23,681 nt of DNA, taken from assembly GCA_043806035.1 (NCBI GenBank), contig JAZDHK010000037.1, positions 1 through 23,681 of the forward strand, read 5' to 3'. Positions 1 through 8,282 of the stretch are shown here, piece by piece. The notes under the pieces are model-generated. The model was not told the DNA's origin. It searched no databases and saw nothing but the letters and a program-made list of their open reading frames with translations. How positions within the stretch are numbered: the stretch's first letter is position 1; every line of letters starts with the position of its first letter. Both the position numbers and the translations under genes were made by a program. Source of the DNA: an archaeon. Lineage in GTDB: Archaea > Nanobdellota > Nanobdellia > Woesearchaeales > UBA9642.

Positions 1-72
1 AGCGGACGCCCGGATTTGAACCGGGGAATGACAGGGTTGCAGCCTGTTGCCTTACCGCTTGGCGACGCCCGC
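1..72 (-). tRNA. tRNA-Cys (GCA)
   Basis: Reverse complement folds as a cloverleaf: acceptor GCGGGCG/CGTCCGC, anticodon arm ACAGG-CTGCAAC-CCTGT, T-loop GGTTCAAATCC, discriminator T at the window edge. Confidence 0.95.
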
Positions 73-97
73 ACAACGAAAGGAGAACCGAGAAGCG

Positions 98-113
98 GTT
101 TATATGGTTTTTG
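98..113 (-). promoter_or_regulatory. BRE/TATA promoter of tRNA-Cys
   Basis: Minus strand reads CAAAAACCATATAAA about 26-31 nt upstream of the tRNA 5' end. Confidence 0.5.
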
Positions 114-148
114 GTAAACATTAAAAGCATGCAGGCATTCCCCATCAG

Positions 149-748
149 GTGGTAGACGAGCAGACACGCAAGGCGTATGACACGTGTGCAGTACAGTACG
201 CACAGAAAAAAATCAAGGAGATGTCTCTTCTCGAGGAGCAGATAACGGATTTCCTTTTCAAGGAAAGAATGCGCATCCTGGATCTTGGCTCGGGGCCGGG
301 ACAGTACGCAGAATTATTCAGCAAGAAAGGACACGAGGTGCTCTGCGTTGATGCTTCTCCCATCATGATTGCGCTTTGCCAGGAGAAGAACCTTCCTGCA
401 ATGGTGATGGACATCGAGCACCTCCACCTCTACGGAATGTATGACGGGATCTGGGCGAATGCCAGTCTCTTGCACATCCCCAAGGAAAGGTTGCCACAGA
501 TCATTAAACAACTGCACGGTCTGCTTATGCCCGAAGGCGTGCTGCACGTGAGCGTCAAGGAAGGCACTACCGAAGGGTATGTTGCAACAGAGAGCTATCC
601 CGGCGAACTGCGCTACTATGCTTATTATCAGGATGAAGAAGTGCGGGCACTCTTCTCTGATTTTTCGCTGCAGGTCATGCGGCGCATGGAGCGAGAGGAA
701 GAGATTTTCTTAAACTATCTTTGGAAGAACGACCCTGACGAGATGTAA
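149..748 (+). CDS. Class I SAM-dependent methyltransferase
   Basis: Motif I ILDLGSGPG, VDAS, and YDGIWANASLLH typical of Methyltransf_11/25-type enzymes. GTG start. Confidence 0.9.
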   Translation: MVDEQTRKAYDTCAVQYAQKKIKEMSLLEEQITDFLFKERMRILDLGSGPGQYAELFSKKGHEVLCVDASPIMIALCQEKNLPAMVMDIEHLHLYGMYDGIWANASLLHIPKERLPQIIKQLHGLLMPEGVLHVSVKEGTTEGYVATESYPGELRYYAYYQDEEVRALFSDFSLQVMRRMEREEEIFLNYLWKNDPDEM

Positions 749-795
749 ACCAACTCACTTGAGTTGACACGGGGACGGGTTTGCAACCCACCAAA

Positions 796-883
796 CGACC
801 CCGATGGGATTTGAACCCACGATCTCCAGCTCTCCTTCTTGCGTTAGAAGGCTGGCGCCTTATCCAGGCTAGGCAACGGGGCC
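796..883 (-). tRNA. tRNA-Arg (UCU) with a 13-nt intron at position 37/38 (intron 832..844)
   Basis: Reverse complement: acceptor GGCCCCG/CGGGGTC-G, anticodon stem CCAGC/GCTGG, loop CT-TCT-A|ACGCAAGAAGGAG|A, T-arm GTGGGTTCAAATCCCAT. Removing the intron gives a 75-nt tRNA. Confidence 0.93.
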
Positions 884-907
884 TTGGCTCATCAGGGCGC
901 ACCAGCC

Positions 908-922
908 TATTTAAATATTATG
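908..922 (-). promoter_or_regulatory. TATA box of tRNA-Arg
   Basis: TTTAAATA on the minus strand about 25-32 nt upstream of the tRNA 5' end. Confidence 0.55.
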
Positions 923-975
923 AGTTATTCAACCATACAAAAAACGAATCACCCGTTCTGAACTATTAAAAAAAA

Positions 976-2544
976 TCAGCCCAGTTTCTGGGCAAGAATA
1001 ATATAGTACGTCTCTGGCGGAGGTACGCCTGTTATGTCTTGAATGACGGCAGGATAGTCTTTTACATTCGTCAATCCTGGTTGTCGCACGAGTTCAAGAT
1101 AGAGGTTTTCCGCAAGTTCTTTTGAGGGAGGCACACCAGTCATCTTCACCAGAGTTTTTACTCTCTGCTCCCAGCCATGAGCACGAGCATAATACTCATC
1201 CATGTTCAGTTTCATCCGAACACAAAAGTCTATGTGCTCTCGAACTTTCTGCTCATCAGGACGCACGCCCGTGATGTCCATAATATCCTTTAACAGAGGA
1301 TAGTCATCATGAACAGTCCTAGTTATCTTGTCTCCAGGATGCACACAGCCTATGAGGTAATGCATTCGTTCTTTTACATCATGCTCGGCGGGGTGCATGC
1401 CCGTTAATGCGATGAGTTGCTGAAGAGTGTGCACATCATCCTTATTTAAACAGAGTCTAAATCTCTTCTGAACAAATGGTTCAGGCGGAAGTTGCCCTGT
1501 AACATCGACTATGGCTTCCAGCTTGCGTAAATTGATATCAATAGGCATGGCAGCATACATCTTTTCTAGCGCCTCATGCTCCAGAGTAATGCAAGGTCGC
1601 ACATTCGTCATGTCCCACAACATCGCAAAATCGTCGAAACGGTTTTCGCATAAGCATCGAGCGTATCCTTCACTCACGTCGGTCTCTTTAGGCTCAAGCG
1701 GAATGCCCACGTATCGCTGTACGAAAGGTAAGTGCTGCACAGTGCCGTTCCTGATTGCTTGTCCGTATGCTTCGTGTATCTGCTGTGCTTCTAGGAGAGT
1801 CAGATCTTCTTTGGCAAAAAATGGATCATAGTGTGGACCGGCAGTGTCGTGCTTGAACCATTGCTCCAATTTACCTTCCTTGACGTGATTAAGGAATTTA
1901 TCTCTTGCTAACTCCTGACGTTGCTGTTTGTCAAGCTCTGCGCCTCGTTTTTGCAACACCTCTTCAGATTCCTTCACATATCCCGGCCAGGTGCTATCTC
2001 GTATAAGCGCAACCAGGGTTTGCAACAGAATATAGGGCTCGTCTTCAACATGAAGGACATTTTCTAGCCCGCACAATTGTTCATTAAGAGCCCAACTACT
2101 TTCCAGTGCTGTATCGGCCACGCAGTAATGATAAATAGTCTGAGCAGTATCTTGCGTCGTCTGCGGCGCTACATGCGTTCGTTCAAATAGACCCATTATG
2201 CCATATCTACCTACGATACGTTCCCTTTTTTCCTCGTTGCACGCTTTGCGGATGTAACCGTCATATATTGTTTGCAATTGTCCAGCATCTGGAATCTCTA
2301 GGTGGATTTCTGTTCTATTTTCGAGTCTTTCGATATTCTTTATCCACTCTGCTCTGTTCAGCAACGTGAGCATGGCAGCTTGCACCGTCCCCGGTTCCAG
2401 TTGGACACCATACTGCGCTCGTATTGCCTCGACAGCATCATGATCTCCGACAATGAGCCTGTCGCGCATTTTTCCTTGGAGTATCGTGTTGAGTTCATCG
2501 GGCGTTTTGCCTGCTGCGCGCGCCATTTGTTCAAGCATAGTCAT
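976..2544 (-). CDS. Hypothetical helical-repeat protein (TGxxP repeats), about 522 aa
   Basis: Long ORF. Start moved to ATG 2544, preceded by SD AGAGGTGA that overlaps the upstream gene's stop. Recurrent motifs: DVTGQLP, ALTGMHP, DITGVRP, KMTGVPP, DITGVPP, DMTNVRP. Confidence 0.85.
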   Translation of the reverse strand: MTMLEQMARAAGKTPDELNTILQGKMRDRLIVGDHDAVEAIRAQYGVQLEPGTVQAAMLTLLNRAEWIKNIERLENRTEIHLEIPDAGQLQTIYDGYIRKACNEEKRERIVGRYGIMGLFERTHVAPQTTQDTAQTIYHYCVADTALESSWALNEQLCGLENVLHVEDEPYILLQTLVALIRDSTWPGYVKESEEVLQKRGAELDKQQRQELARDKFLNHVKEGKLEQWFKHDTAGPHYDPFFAKEDLTLLEAQQIHEAYGQAIRNGTVQHLPFVQRYVGIPLEPKETDVSEGYARCLCENRFDDFAMLWDMTNVRPCITLEHEALEKMYAAMPIDINLRKLEAIVDVTGQLPPEPFVQKRFRLCLNKDDVHTLQQLIALTGMHPAEHDVKERMHYLIGCVHPGDKITRTVHDDYPLLKDIMDITGVRPDEQKVREHIDFCVRMKLNMDEYYARAHGWEQRVKTLVKMTGVPPSKELAENLYLELVRQPGLTNVKDYPAVIQDITGVPPPETYYIILAQKLG

Positions 2545-2548
2545 AATC

Positions 2549-3367
2549 TCACCTCTGGTTCTCTTTTTCTTTGTGCATCGTGTGCTGTTTGGCAATCTCT
2601 CGGGCGAGAACGCCATTGTGGTTGAAATTCATCGTCGGTATTCCGTATTGTTCTCCCATTCTCTCATACTGTTTCCACACATCAGGAGTGATCTTAGGTG
2701 GCAGCGCTTTCAGATACGCTGTTACCTCTTTTCGCACAGCTTCGTTCCATGCAGAATCAAACAGAAAATTCGTATCACCATGCGCGATTGGTTTCCTATA
2801 CCGCGAATACGCCTCAGTAAGAATGAATGCTGCAGTCAACGTCTGCCCTACAAAAGTATAACTGGGATTGTCTTTATAGACCATTCTCCAGCCCGGCTCA
2901 TCCATATTGCAGAGGGACACTCCGTCATCCTGTTCGAAATAGTCCAAGCGTAATACGTGCGTCTTGTTGAATATTCTGCTGCCCATTTCCGCCACCAGCT
3001 TCTGTTCTGGCACAGAATTGGGATTACTTGCGAGCTGCTCCAATGCATGACGTGCTGTTACGTACCTGCTGTTGAATCCTCGCAGATATCTCCTGATGTT
3101 GTTCCTGGTTTCAGAAGGGAGAACGGCAACTACCTGCTCGAACGGCACGGGCCGAAGCAATTTGTCCAACTTGACCTGGTCAAGTCCGGTTTCTTCCTCG
3201 ACCTTCTCCCAGAGATGATCCGCGTTATAGACTGTGTCCTTGCCTGTTTTCTCCTTTACTTCAGCCATATAGCGGGCTATGAAGTACTCCAGCTGTGTGA
3301 GAGCACTGCCGTGTTCTCCGTTCCTTTTCCGTTCTTCATCAGTTGTGCTCATACGTATCGCCTGCAT
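2549..3367 (-). CDS. Hypothetical protein
   Basis: 272-aa ORF coupled to the upstream gene by a TAATG overlap. No recognisable motif. Alternative start at 3352. Confidence 0.8.
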   Translation of the reverse strand: MQAIRMSTTDEERKRNGEHGSALTQLEYFIARYMAEVKEKTGKDTVYNADHLWEKVEEETGLDQVKLDKLLRPVPFEQVVAVLPSETRNNIRRYLRGFNSRYVTARHALEQLASNPNSVPEQKLVAEMGSRIFNKTHVLRLDYFEQDDGVSLCNMDEPGWRMVYKDNPSYTFVGQTLTAAFILTEAYSRYRKPIAHGDTNFLFDSAWNEAVRKEVTAYLKALPPKITPDVWKQYERMGEQYGIPTMNFNHNGVLAREIAKQHTMHKEKENQR

Positions 3368-4782
3368 TAGTATTTTTTTATTTCAAACGCTCCTTCTATT
3401 GTGTATTCTTCAAATTCTGGTAGTTGGGCGAGCGCCAATGCTGTCAGGATGCGTGGCTCTGTTCCGAACGCTTCAGACATCCAGCTCAGTTTGATAGTTC
3501 TTTGAGAGGGGTCTATGGTGATGCGACCCCCGCCAACAGATTGTCCTGCTTCACCTACATACCTGCCGTGTGTTTCAGCGATATACGCGTGGCCTATATC
3601 AGGTCCTTTTACTGCAGAATCCGCGAGCAATTCCAATCCTTGCGATTTCCAAGGCAGGCCCAGCACGAATTTTGACTCATACCTTTCTCCTGCGACTGGC
3701 TTCGGGTTTGCTAATCGTACACGAACGCCATCTGCACAATAGTCAATGTCAGGGACGCAAACATCAGTCGCGCGTGGTTCTGTCTTTTCTGGAATTTTGA
3801 GCTCAGGCACATATACCTGATGCGTCTCGGCGAGCTCACGGATGTTTTCTAGATTCTTTCTTCTTACTGAGTTGTCCATCTGCAGATCATAGTGATTAAC
3901 AAAAGTCGTTGCCATAAGCAAAGCATCTTCATAATTGATGTTCTTGTCATACGTGGTTACCAGCTCTGTGAATTTTTCATGGAGACGACCTTCTTTTGCC
4001 AATCGGACGGCTACAGCCACATTTATATCTCCTTGATATATCGTCAAATCATGTCCTTTTGTTTTCGCTTCCCTAAAAAGCGCATCTACCTTTTCAGGCA
4101 ACTCGTAGTTGCAAGTGGCGAGGAGACCCATAAGACGGATGCCATACACCTCTCTCATATTAATCGGATATCCCTCCTCACAAAGATCAGCAACCAGATA
4201 TTCAAGCCACGTTTTATCACTTTCATCGCGTATGACCTCTCCTTCAACGTCAAAAGTCATTACGTACTCGGCCGCATAGTCCTTTATCTTCGAAGGGTCG
4301 AGTCCCTGATCTGCACAGCATGCCATGAGTTCTTTAAGTCCGAGAGGAATATTGCAGCCATGGATCGCACGCCGATAGTGGTCCCCTCTGAACATCCCGT
4401 GCACAAACGTGCGGGCCAAGCGTTCGAGGCCAGGCTTGTCTGCACCGTTTGCTTTTGCTATCTCGAATCCTTTGTGAAACGCCCAGCTCTGGGCAAACAC
4501 AGGATCGTTCCCGTTGCGTGCCTTCTGCAGCCAATGACGCTCCATGAGCGGTAACGCCTCATCGAGCTGTTCAACGATAAGAGGAGGTAGTCGCTCACAG
4601 AAGTGATCAGTCCAATAGTCATGAATACTATAGCCATGACAGCCATATTCTGGTCTGTACTGATCATGATCAGTCCTCAGCATACCCGTCCAGACGCCTT
4701 CTGTCGCGCAGATGGCATTCAGCTTTTTCTCATTCAACTGCGCTCGCTTGTGCGTTTGTATGTCCGCCTTGTTTTCTTTCAT
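3367..4782 (-). CDS. Hypothetical protein with a C-terminal Janus/Ocnus (PHPT1)-like domain; paralog A
   Basis: SD-like GAGGCGA before the ATG. Aligns along its length with 6043..7509. C-terminus has SKFVL...GHAYIA...GGGRITID...MSEAFG. Confidence 0.8.
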   Translation of the reverse strand: MKENKADIQTHKRAQLNEKKLNAICATEGVWTGMLRTDHDQYRPEYGCHGYSIHDYWTDHFCERLPPLIVEQLDEALPLMERHWLQKARNGNDPVFAQSWAFHKGFEIAKANGADKPGLERLARTFVHGMFRGDHYRRAIHGCNIPLGLKELMACCADQGLDPSKIKDYAAEYVMTFDVEGEVIRDESDKTWLEYLVADLCEEGYPINMREVYGIRLMGLLATCNYELPEKVDALFREAKTKGHDLTIYQGDINVAVAVRLAKEGRLHEKFTELVTTYDKNINYEDALLMATTFVNHYDLQMDNSVRRKNLENIRELAETHQVYVPELKIPEKTEPRATDVCVPDIDYCADGVRVRLANPKPVAGERYESKFVLGLPWKSQGLELLADSAVKGPDIGHAYIAETHGRYVGEAGQSVGGGRITIDPSQRTIKLSWMSEAFGTEPRILTALALAQLPEFEEYTIEGAFEIKKY

Positions 4783-4809
4783 GATATCGCCTCAATTATT
4801 ACTGTTTAG

Positions 4810-4833
4810 TAATAACAATTTTCCATGTTATTA
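4810..4833. promoter_or_regulatory. Palindromic operator TAATAACA-N8-TGTTATTA overlapping the TATA box of the paralog A operon
   Basis: Perfect 8-bp inverted repeat. Minus-strand TTTAATAA at 4828..4835. Confidence 0.5.
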
Positions 4834-4899
4834 AATTCTTTTATCAGATTTTTTAATAAATAGTAAAATTTATTAATAATAAGTGCCATTTTTTAATTA

Positions 4900-5862
4900 A
4901 TGTTGACAATTAATAAAAAAGATAAGCAAATTTTGTTTGCATTGGAGAGCGATGCTCGGCAATCGCTCAAGAGCGTGGCTAAGCGGGCACGCCTGAGCAC
5001 GGAAACGACATTCCACCGTATCAAGAACCTCGAGAAACGGGGTATCATCAAGGGCTATCTTGCAGAGATCGACACGTACAAGGCAGGCTATTTTTTTGTT
5101 CCCATTCTTCTCCAGTTTCAGAACACCACGCCAGAGATAGAGACAGAGCTGTACTCCCAGTTGCAGAAGATAAGGCATCTCGCATGGCTCACCACCTGCG
5201 AGGGGCGATGGCACGCCAACTTGACACTTTTTGCTCGCAACAACACAGACATCGAACGATGCAGCGAACAGCTCCTCGACATCTGCGGATCATGTCTTGC
5301 GGAGAAGCAGCTCTTCACGACAACGTACATCTCCTATTTCAAACGAAATTTCGGACTCGACGAGACTCGCATAAGGACCATCAGCACAGGAACGGAAGAC
5401 GTGCGTGCTCTGGAGATGACAGAGCAGGAACTCCTGCACATCCTTGGAGCAGATGCCCGGAGACCGTCGCTGCACATCGCAAAGGACATCGGTGTCAGTT
5501 CAAAGACGATCGCCGCACACATCAAAAAACTACAGAAAGAAGGCATCTTGCAGGGATCGCATCTCTTCTTCAACTTCGCTGCATTCGACCACAAATACTA
5601 CAAGACGTGGTTCCGCTGCAGACGCCTCGATGCGAGAACGTGGAGAAGCATGTTGACCTTCCTGCAAACGCTCGAGGGCATACGGTGGGCCACGCGGCTC
5701 ATCGGCATCTACGACTTCTCACTAGAGTTCGAAATAGAAGACATCGCCGTCCTGCGAAAGCACATCGCATCGCTCAAGGGCGCATTTCCTGACATCATCA
5801 GCTCGCACGAAACACTGCTTATCCTCGATGAACTCGTCCTCAACTACTTCCCGAAACACTAG
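4900..5862 (+). CDS. Lrp/AsnC family transcriptional regulator with tandem duplicated HTH-RAM modules
   Basis: Two Lrp HTHs: KDKQILFALESDARQSLKSVAKR...HRIKNLEKRGII and EQELLHILGADARRPSLHIAKDIG...HIKKLQKEGIL. Each is followed by a RAM-like domain. Confidence 0.9.
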   Translation: MLTINKKDKQILFALESDARQSLKSVAKRARLSTETTFHRIKNLEKRGIIKGYLAEIDTYKAGYFFVPILLQFQNTTPEIETELYSQLQKIRHLAWLTTCEGRWHANLTLFARNNTDIERCSEQLLDICGSCLAEKQLFTTTYISYFKRNFGLDETRIRTISTGTEDVRALEMTEQELLHILGADARRPSLHIAKDIGVSSKTIAAHIKKLQKEGILQGSHLFFNFAAFDHKYYKTWFRCRRLDARTWRSMLTFLQTLEGIRWATRLIGIYDFSLEFEIEDIAVLRKHIASLKGAFPDIISSHETLLILDELVLNYFPKH

Positions 5863-5928
5863 ACAGACCAACAACTAGCTATGTTTTCCTATCTGTCTCT
5901 CAGGCAGAAGCAGCAAGCACCGTTTATG

Positions 5929-6033
5929 TTATCGCAATTCTCCCCAAGATGAACGCGTACCATTTCTTAAAAGCCTGTCAGCCAAGAGCGGGGCATTGTG
6001 AAGATAGTTGTCTCTTTGATTGTCTTCAATCAT
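5929..6033 (-). other. 34-codon ORF or gene remnant directly downstream of paralog B
   Basis: ATG preceded by SD AGGGTGA right after the paralog B stop. Peptide MIEDNQRDNYLHNAPLLADRLLRNGTRSSWGELR. Confidence 0.3.
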
Positions 6034-6042
6034 GCCGTCACC

Positions 6043-7509
6043 CTATCCGTCATGCCACGACAATCCAGGATAGAATGGTCCTGTTATTCTGTAGTCTTCA
6101 AGTTCAGGAACGTTGCCAAGCACGAGTGCTGTAAGGAGACGTGGTTCTAAGCCGTATTCCTCCGAACCCTTCTCCAGCTCAATGATACGCTCTGCCGTAT
6201 TGATATATAGCTTCCCACCACCAATAATGCGATCGCCATTTGTGAAACGGGAGACACCAAATTTGCGTGCTATATCATAGTGATGTTCCAGTTCGCAATC
6301 TGCGAGCACGCTCAGTTCTCTCTTCAGATCATTACAGTGCAACACAAATTTGGTATAACAGTTATTTTCTTTTACATTCGCTAACTGCACATGGATGCCG
6401 TTCGCACGATAGTCGATCTCAGGCACGCAATCACCGGTCCTGGTGGGTTCCGTTTCCTTCTCTTCCGAAAACTCGGCAGCCAGATTTTTGAGAGGGTGAT
6501 TAGCAAGCTTTTTGAGATCGTGTGCTATAGCAAATCGCCACATCCCGCTGAGTGTTTCTCTCACAGTACACTGTCTGCGATACTTTCCTTGGAGTTGATA
6601 GTCACGTCCTGCATTCCACTCTTTGAATCGCTCTATCGCTGTAGTCAGGGCTTTCGCATAGTTTATTCTCGTGTCGTAGTGTGCCGAGAGTTCTTCAAGA
6701 CCAAGAAGCCACCCATCATATAATACAAGATGGGTGGCAGCAGCCAAGTCAACAGCGTCTTGAAAGATTGCTGGAAATGCAGGATTCTCATCAAGACGAA
6801 GCTGTTTAATTTTTTTCAGCACATTTTCTGGATTTTCCGAAAGATGAATGCAATAATAGCGAAGGCGTTGCAGATTTATCTCGTCAACATCAACAGGGAA
6901 TCCATTCTGTTGTAATTTTGGGATTGCATCCAGCTCTGCATTTCCTGCAAATCTCGTGATCAGATGATTTCTGTCAGCATCCACTGAATCACAGTTCACG
7001 AGCTGTTCTGCCACATATGTTTTTATGCTCTTGGCGTCAAGCCCGTGGTCCGCACAGCATGCTGCCAGACACTGCAACGTATCCCAATCCTTGAACCCGC
7101 TCAAGGCGGTTTGCACAAACGTTCTGGCAATATGCTCGAGACCAGGCATGTCTACACCGTGCGCTTTCGCAATGTCAAATCCGAGACAGAAGGCTTCTTG
7201 TTGAGTAAGCACATAATCGTGTCCCTCAAGAGCTGTCTGCAGCCAATGGTGTTCCATACGGGGCAGAGCATTTTGCAGTTGTTCTACAATAATGGATGGT
7301 AGTTCCAACTTATAACCATGCTCGTTAAGTATATATGCGTGCTTGCGATAGCCTCTCCCTCCTTGTTGATTGATTAACATTCCCGTCCACACGCACACCT
7401 TGTCACAGATGGCATCCAGCCGCTCTGCTGATAAATGTGCTCGTGTCGGCAGATGTGTCTCTCCAGCGAGAGGTTTGTGTGTTGCTTCGGCTCCGTTCAT
7501 GATAATCAT
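6043..7509 (-). CDS. Hypothetical protein with a C-terminal Janus/Ocnus (PHPT1)-like domain; paralog B
   Basis: Shares blocks with paralog A (AIC..VWTGML, LP..IVEQL..ALP.ME.HWLQ, PGLE..ARTFV, TEP....CVP.IDY). C-terminus has TKFVL...EHHYDIA...GGGKLYI...GSEEYG. Start may be 7500. Confidence 0.82.
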   Translation of the reverse strand: MIIMNGAEATHKPLAGETHLPTRAHLSAERLDAICDKVCVWTGMLINQQGGRGYRKHAYILNEHGYKLELPSIIVEQLQNALPRMEHHWLQTALEGHDYVLTQQEAFCLGFDIAKAHGVDMPGLEHIARTFVQTALSGFKDWDTLQCLAACCADHGLDAKSIKTYVAEQLVNCDSVDADRNHLITRFAGNAELDAIPKLQQNGFPVDVDEINLQRLRYYCIHLSENPENVLKKIKQLRLDENPAFPAIFQDAVDLAAATHLVLYDGWLLGLEELSAHYDTRINYAKALTTAIERFKEWNAGRDYQLQGKYRRQCTVRETLSGMWRFAIAHDLKKLANHPLKNLAAEFSEEKETEPTRTGDCVPEIDYRANGIHVQLANVKENNCYTKFVLHCNDLKRELSVLADCELEHHYDIARKFGVSRFTNGDRIIGGGKLYINTAERIIELEKGSEEYGLEPRLLTALVLGNVPELEDYRITGPFYPGLSWHDG

Positions 7510-7603
7510 CTCTTTACGTACTCAGAAGAGAACAACCTCCACCATAAAATCTTTTTGACAAAAAATAGTAAAATTTATAAAAAATGACAAATTTCTGCAG
7601 CTC

Positions 7604-8251
7604 ATGACTAGCATAAATAAGGACGTATGGCGCATCATCGACAATGATGCAGCTATTCGCAAGAATCTCGTGCAGGGACTCATCAACACGAGCGCTCTCG
7701 CTAGAAAGATTGCCAAAGAACACCATCTTGATCGCAATATTGATGCAGTCATCAGCGCCATCAGACGATATGAGGGCAGCAAGGAGAAAAAAGAGACCCT
7801 GCACACAGTCTATGTTCTGCTCAAGAAGGCAAAGCTCTCGACGAGGACAAAGCTCGTTTCAGTACTGCTCAAGAAACACGAGGACATCAGGAAAAAGCTG
7901 GCCACGCTCTACGCAAAGATCGATTTCAGCGCAGGAGATACCTTGAGAATCTTCGAAGTGAGTACGTACATCAAGCTCATTATCGATGACAAGAACGTAC
8001 TCCTTGTCAAAAGCACGTTTGCCGAAAGGGATATCGTCGGCATCACCGCCAAACTGGGAGAGCTGTGCATCGACTACCAGGCAGACATCACAAAAACGCC
8101 AGGATTGTTCGCTACGTTGAGTAACGAGCTTGCCGGTAATGACATCAGCATCGTGGACAGCATGATCTGCCACAACGAGCACATCATCATCGTAGAAGAG
8201 AAGAATCTGGAAAGGACATTCAACGTCGTCTTTCACTTGACGCACGCATAA
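7604..8251 (+). CDS. Archaeal HTH plus ACT-domain (amino-acid-binding) regulator-like protein
   Basis: N-terminal GLINTSALARKI...DAVISAIRRY. C-terminal ACT-like TPGLFATLSNELAGNDISIVDSM. Confidence 0.8.
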   Translation: MTSINKDVWRIIDNDAAIRKNLVQGLINTSALARKIAKEHHLDRNIDAVISAIRRYEGSKEKKETLHTVYVLLKKAKLSTRTKLVSVLLKKHEDIRKKLATLYAKIDFSAGDTLRIFEVSTYIKLIIDDKNVLLVKSTFAERDIVGITAKLGELCIDYQADITKTPGLFATLSNELAGNDISIVDSMICHNEHIIIVEEKNLERTFNVVFHLTHA

Positions 8252-8282
8252 TCTTTTTAAACAAATCGAGGTTCGAGAGAGC

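Noticed and set aside
768-792. T-arm-like sequence (minus strand GTGGGTTGCAAACCCGTCCCCG) just 3' of tRNA-Arg, resembling an att-site duplicate
   Set aside because: The match is short and gapped and lies directly next to the tRNA rather than flanking cargo. No integrase is present in the window.
781-969. ORFs 675..902 and 781..969
   Set aside because: They overlap tRNA-Arg and are spurious.
976-7509. Integrated element or provirus next to tRNA-Arg
   Set aside because: It lies on the 5' side of the tRNA. I saw no integrase, transposase, virion genes or terminal direct repeats.
3367-7509. Diversity-generating retroelement (TR/VR pair) explaining the paralogs
   Set aside because: No reverse transcriptase is present. 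Divergence is spread across the whole proteins, and I saw no near-identical repeat with adenine-specific mismatches.
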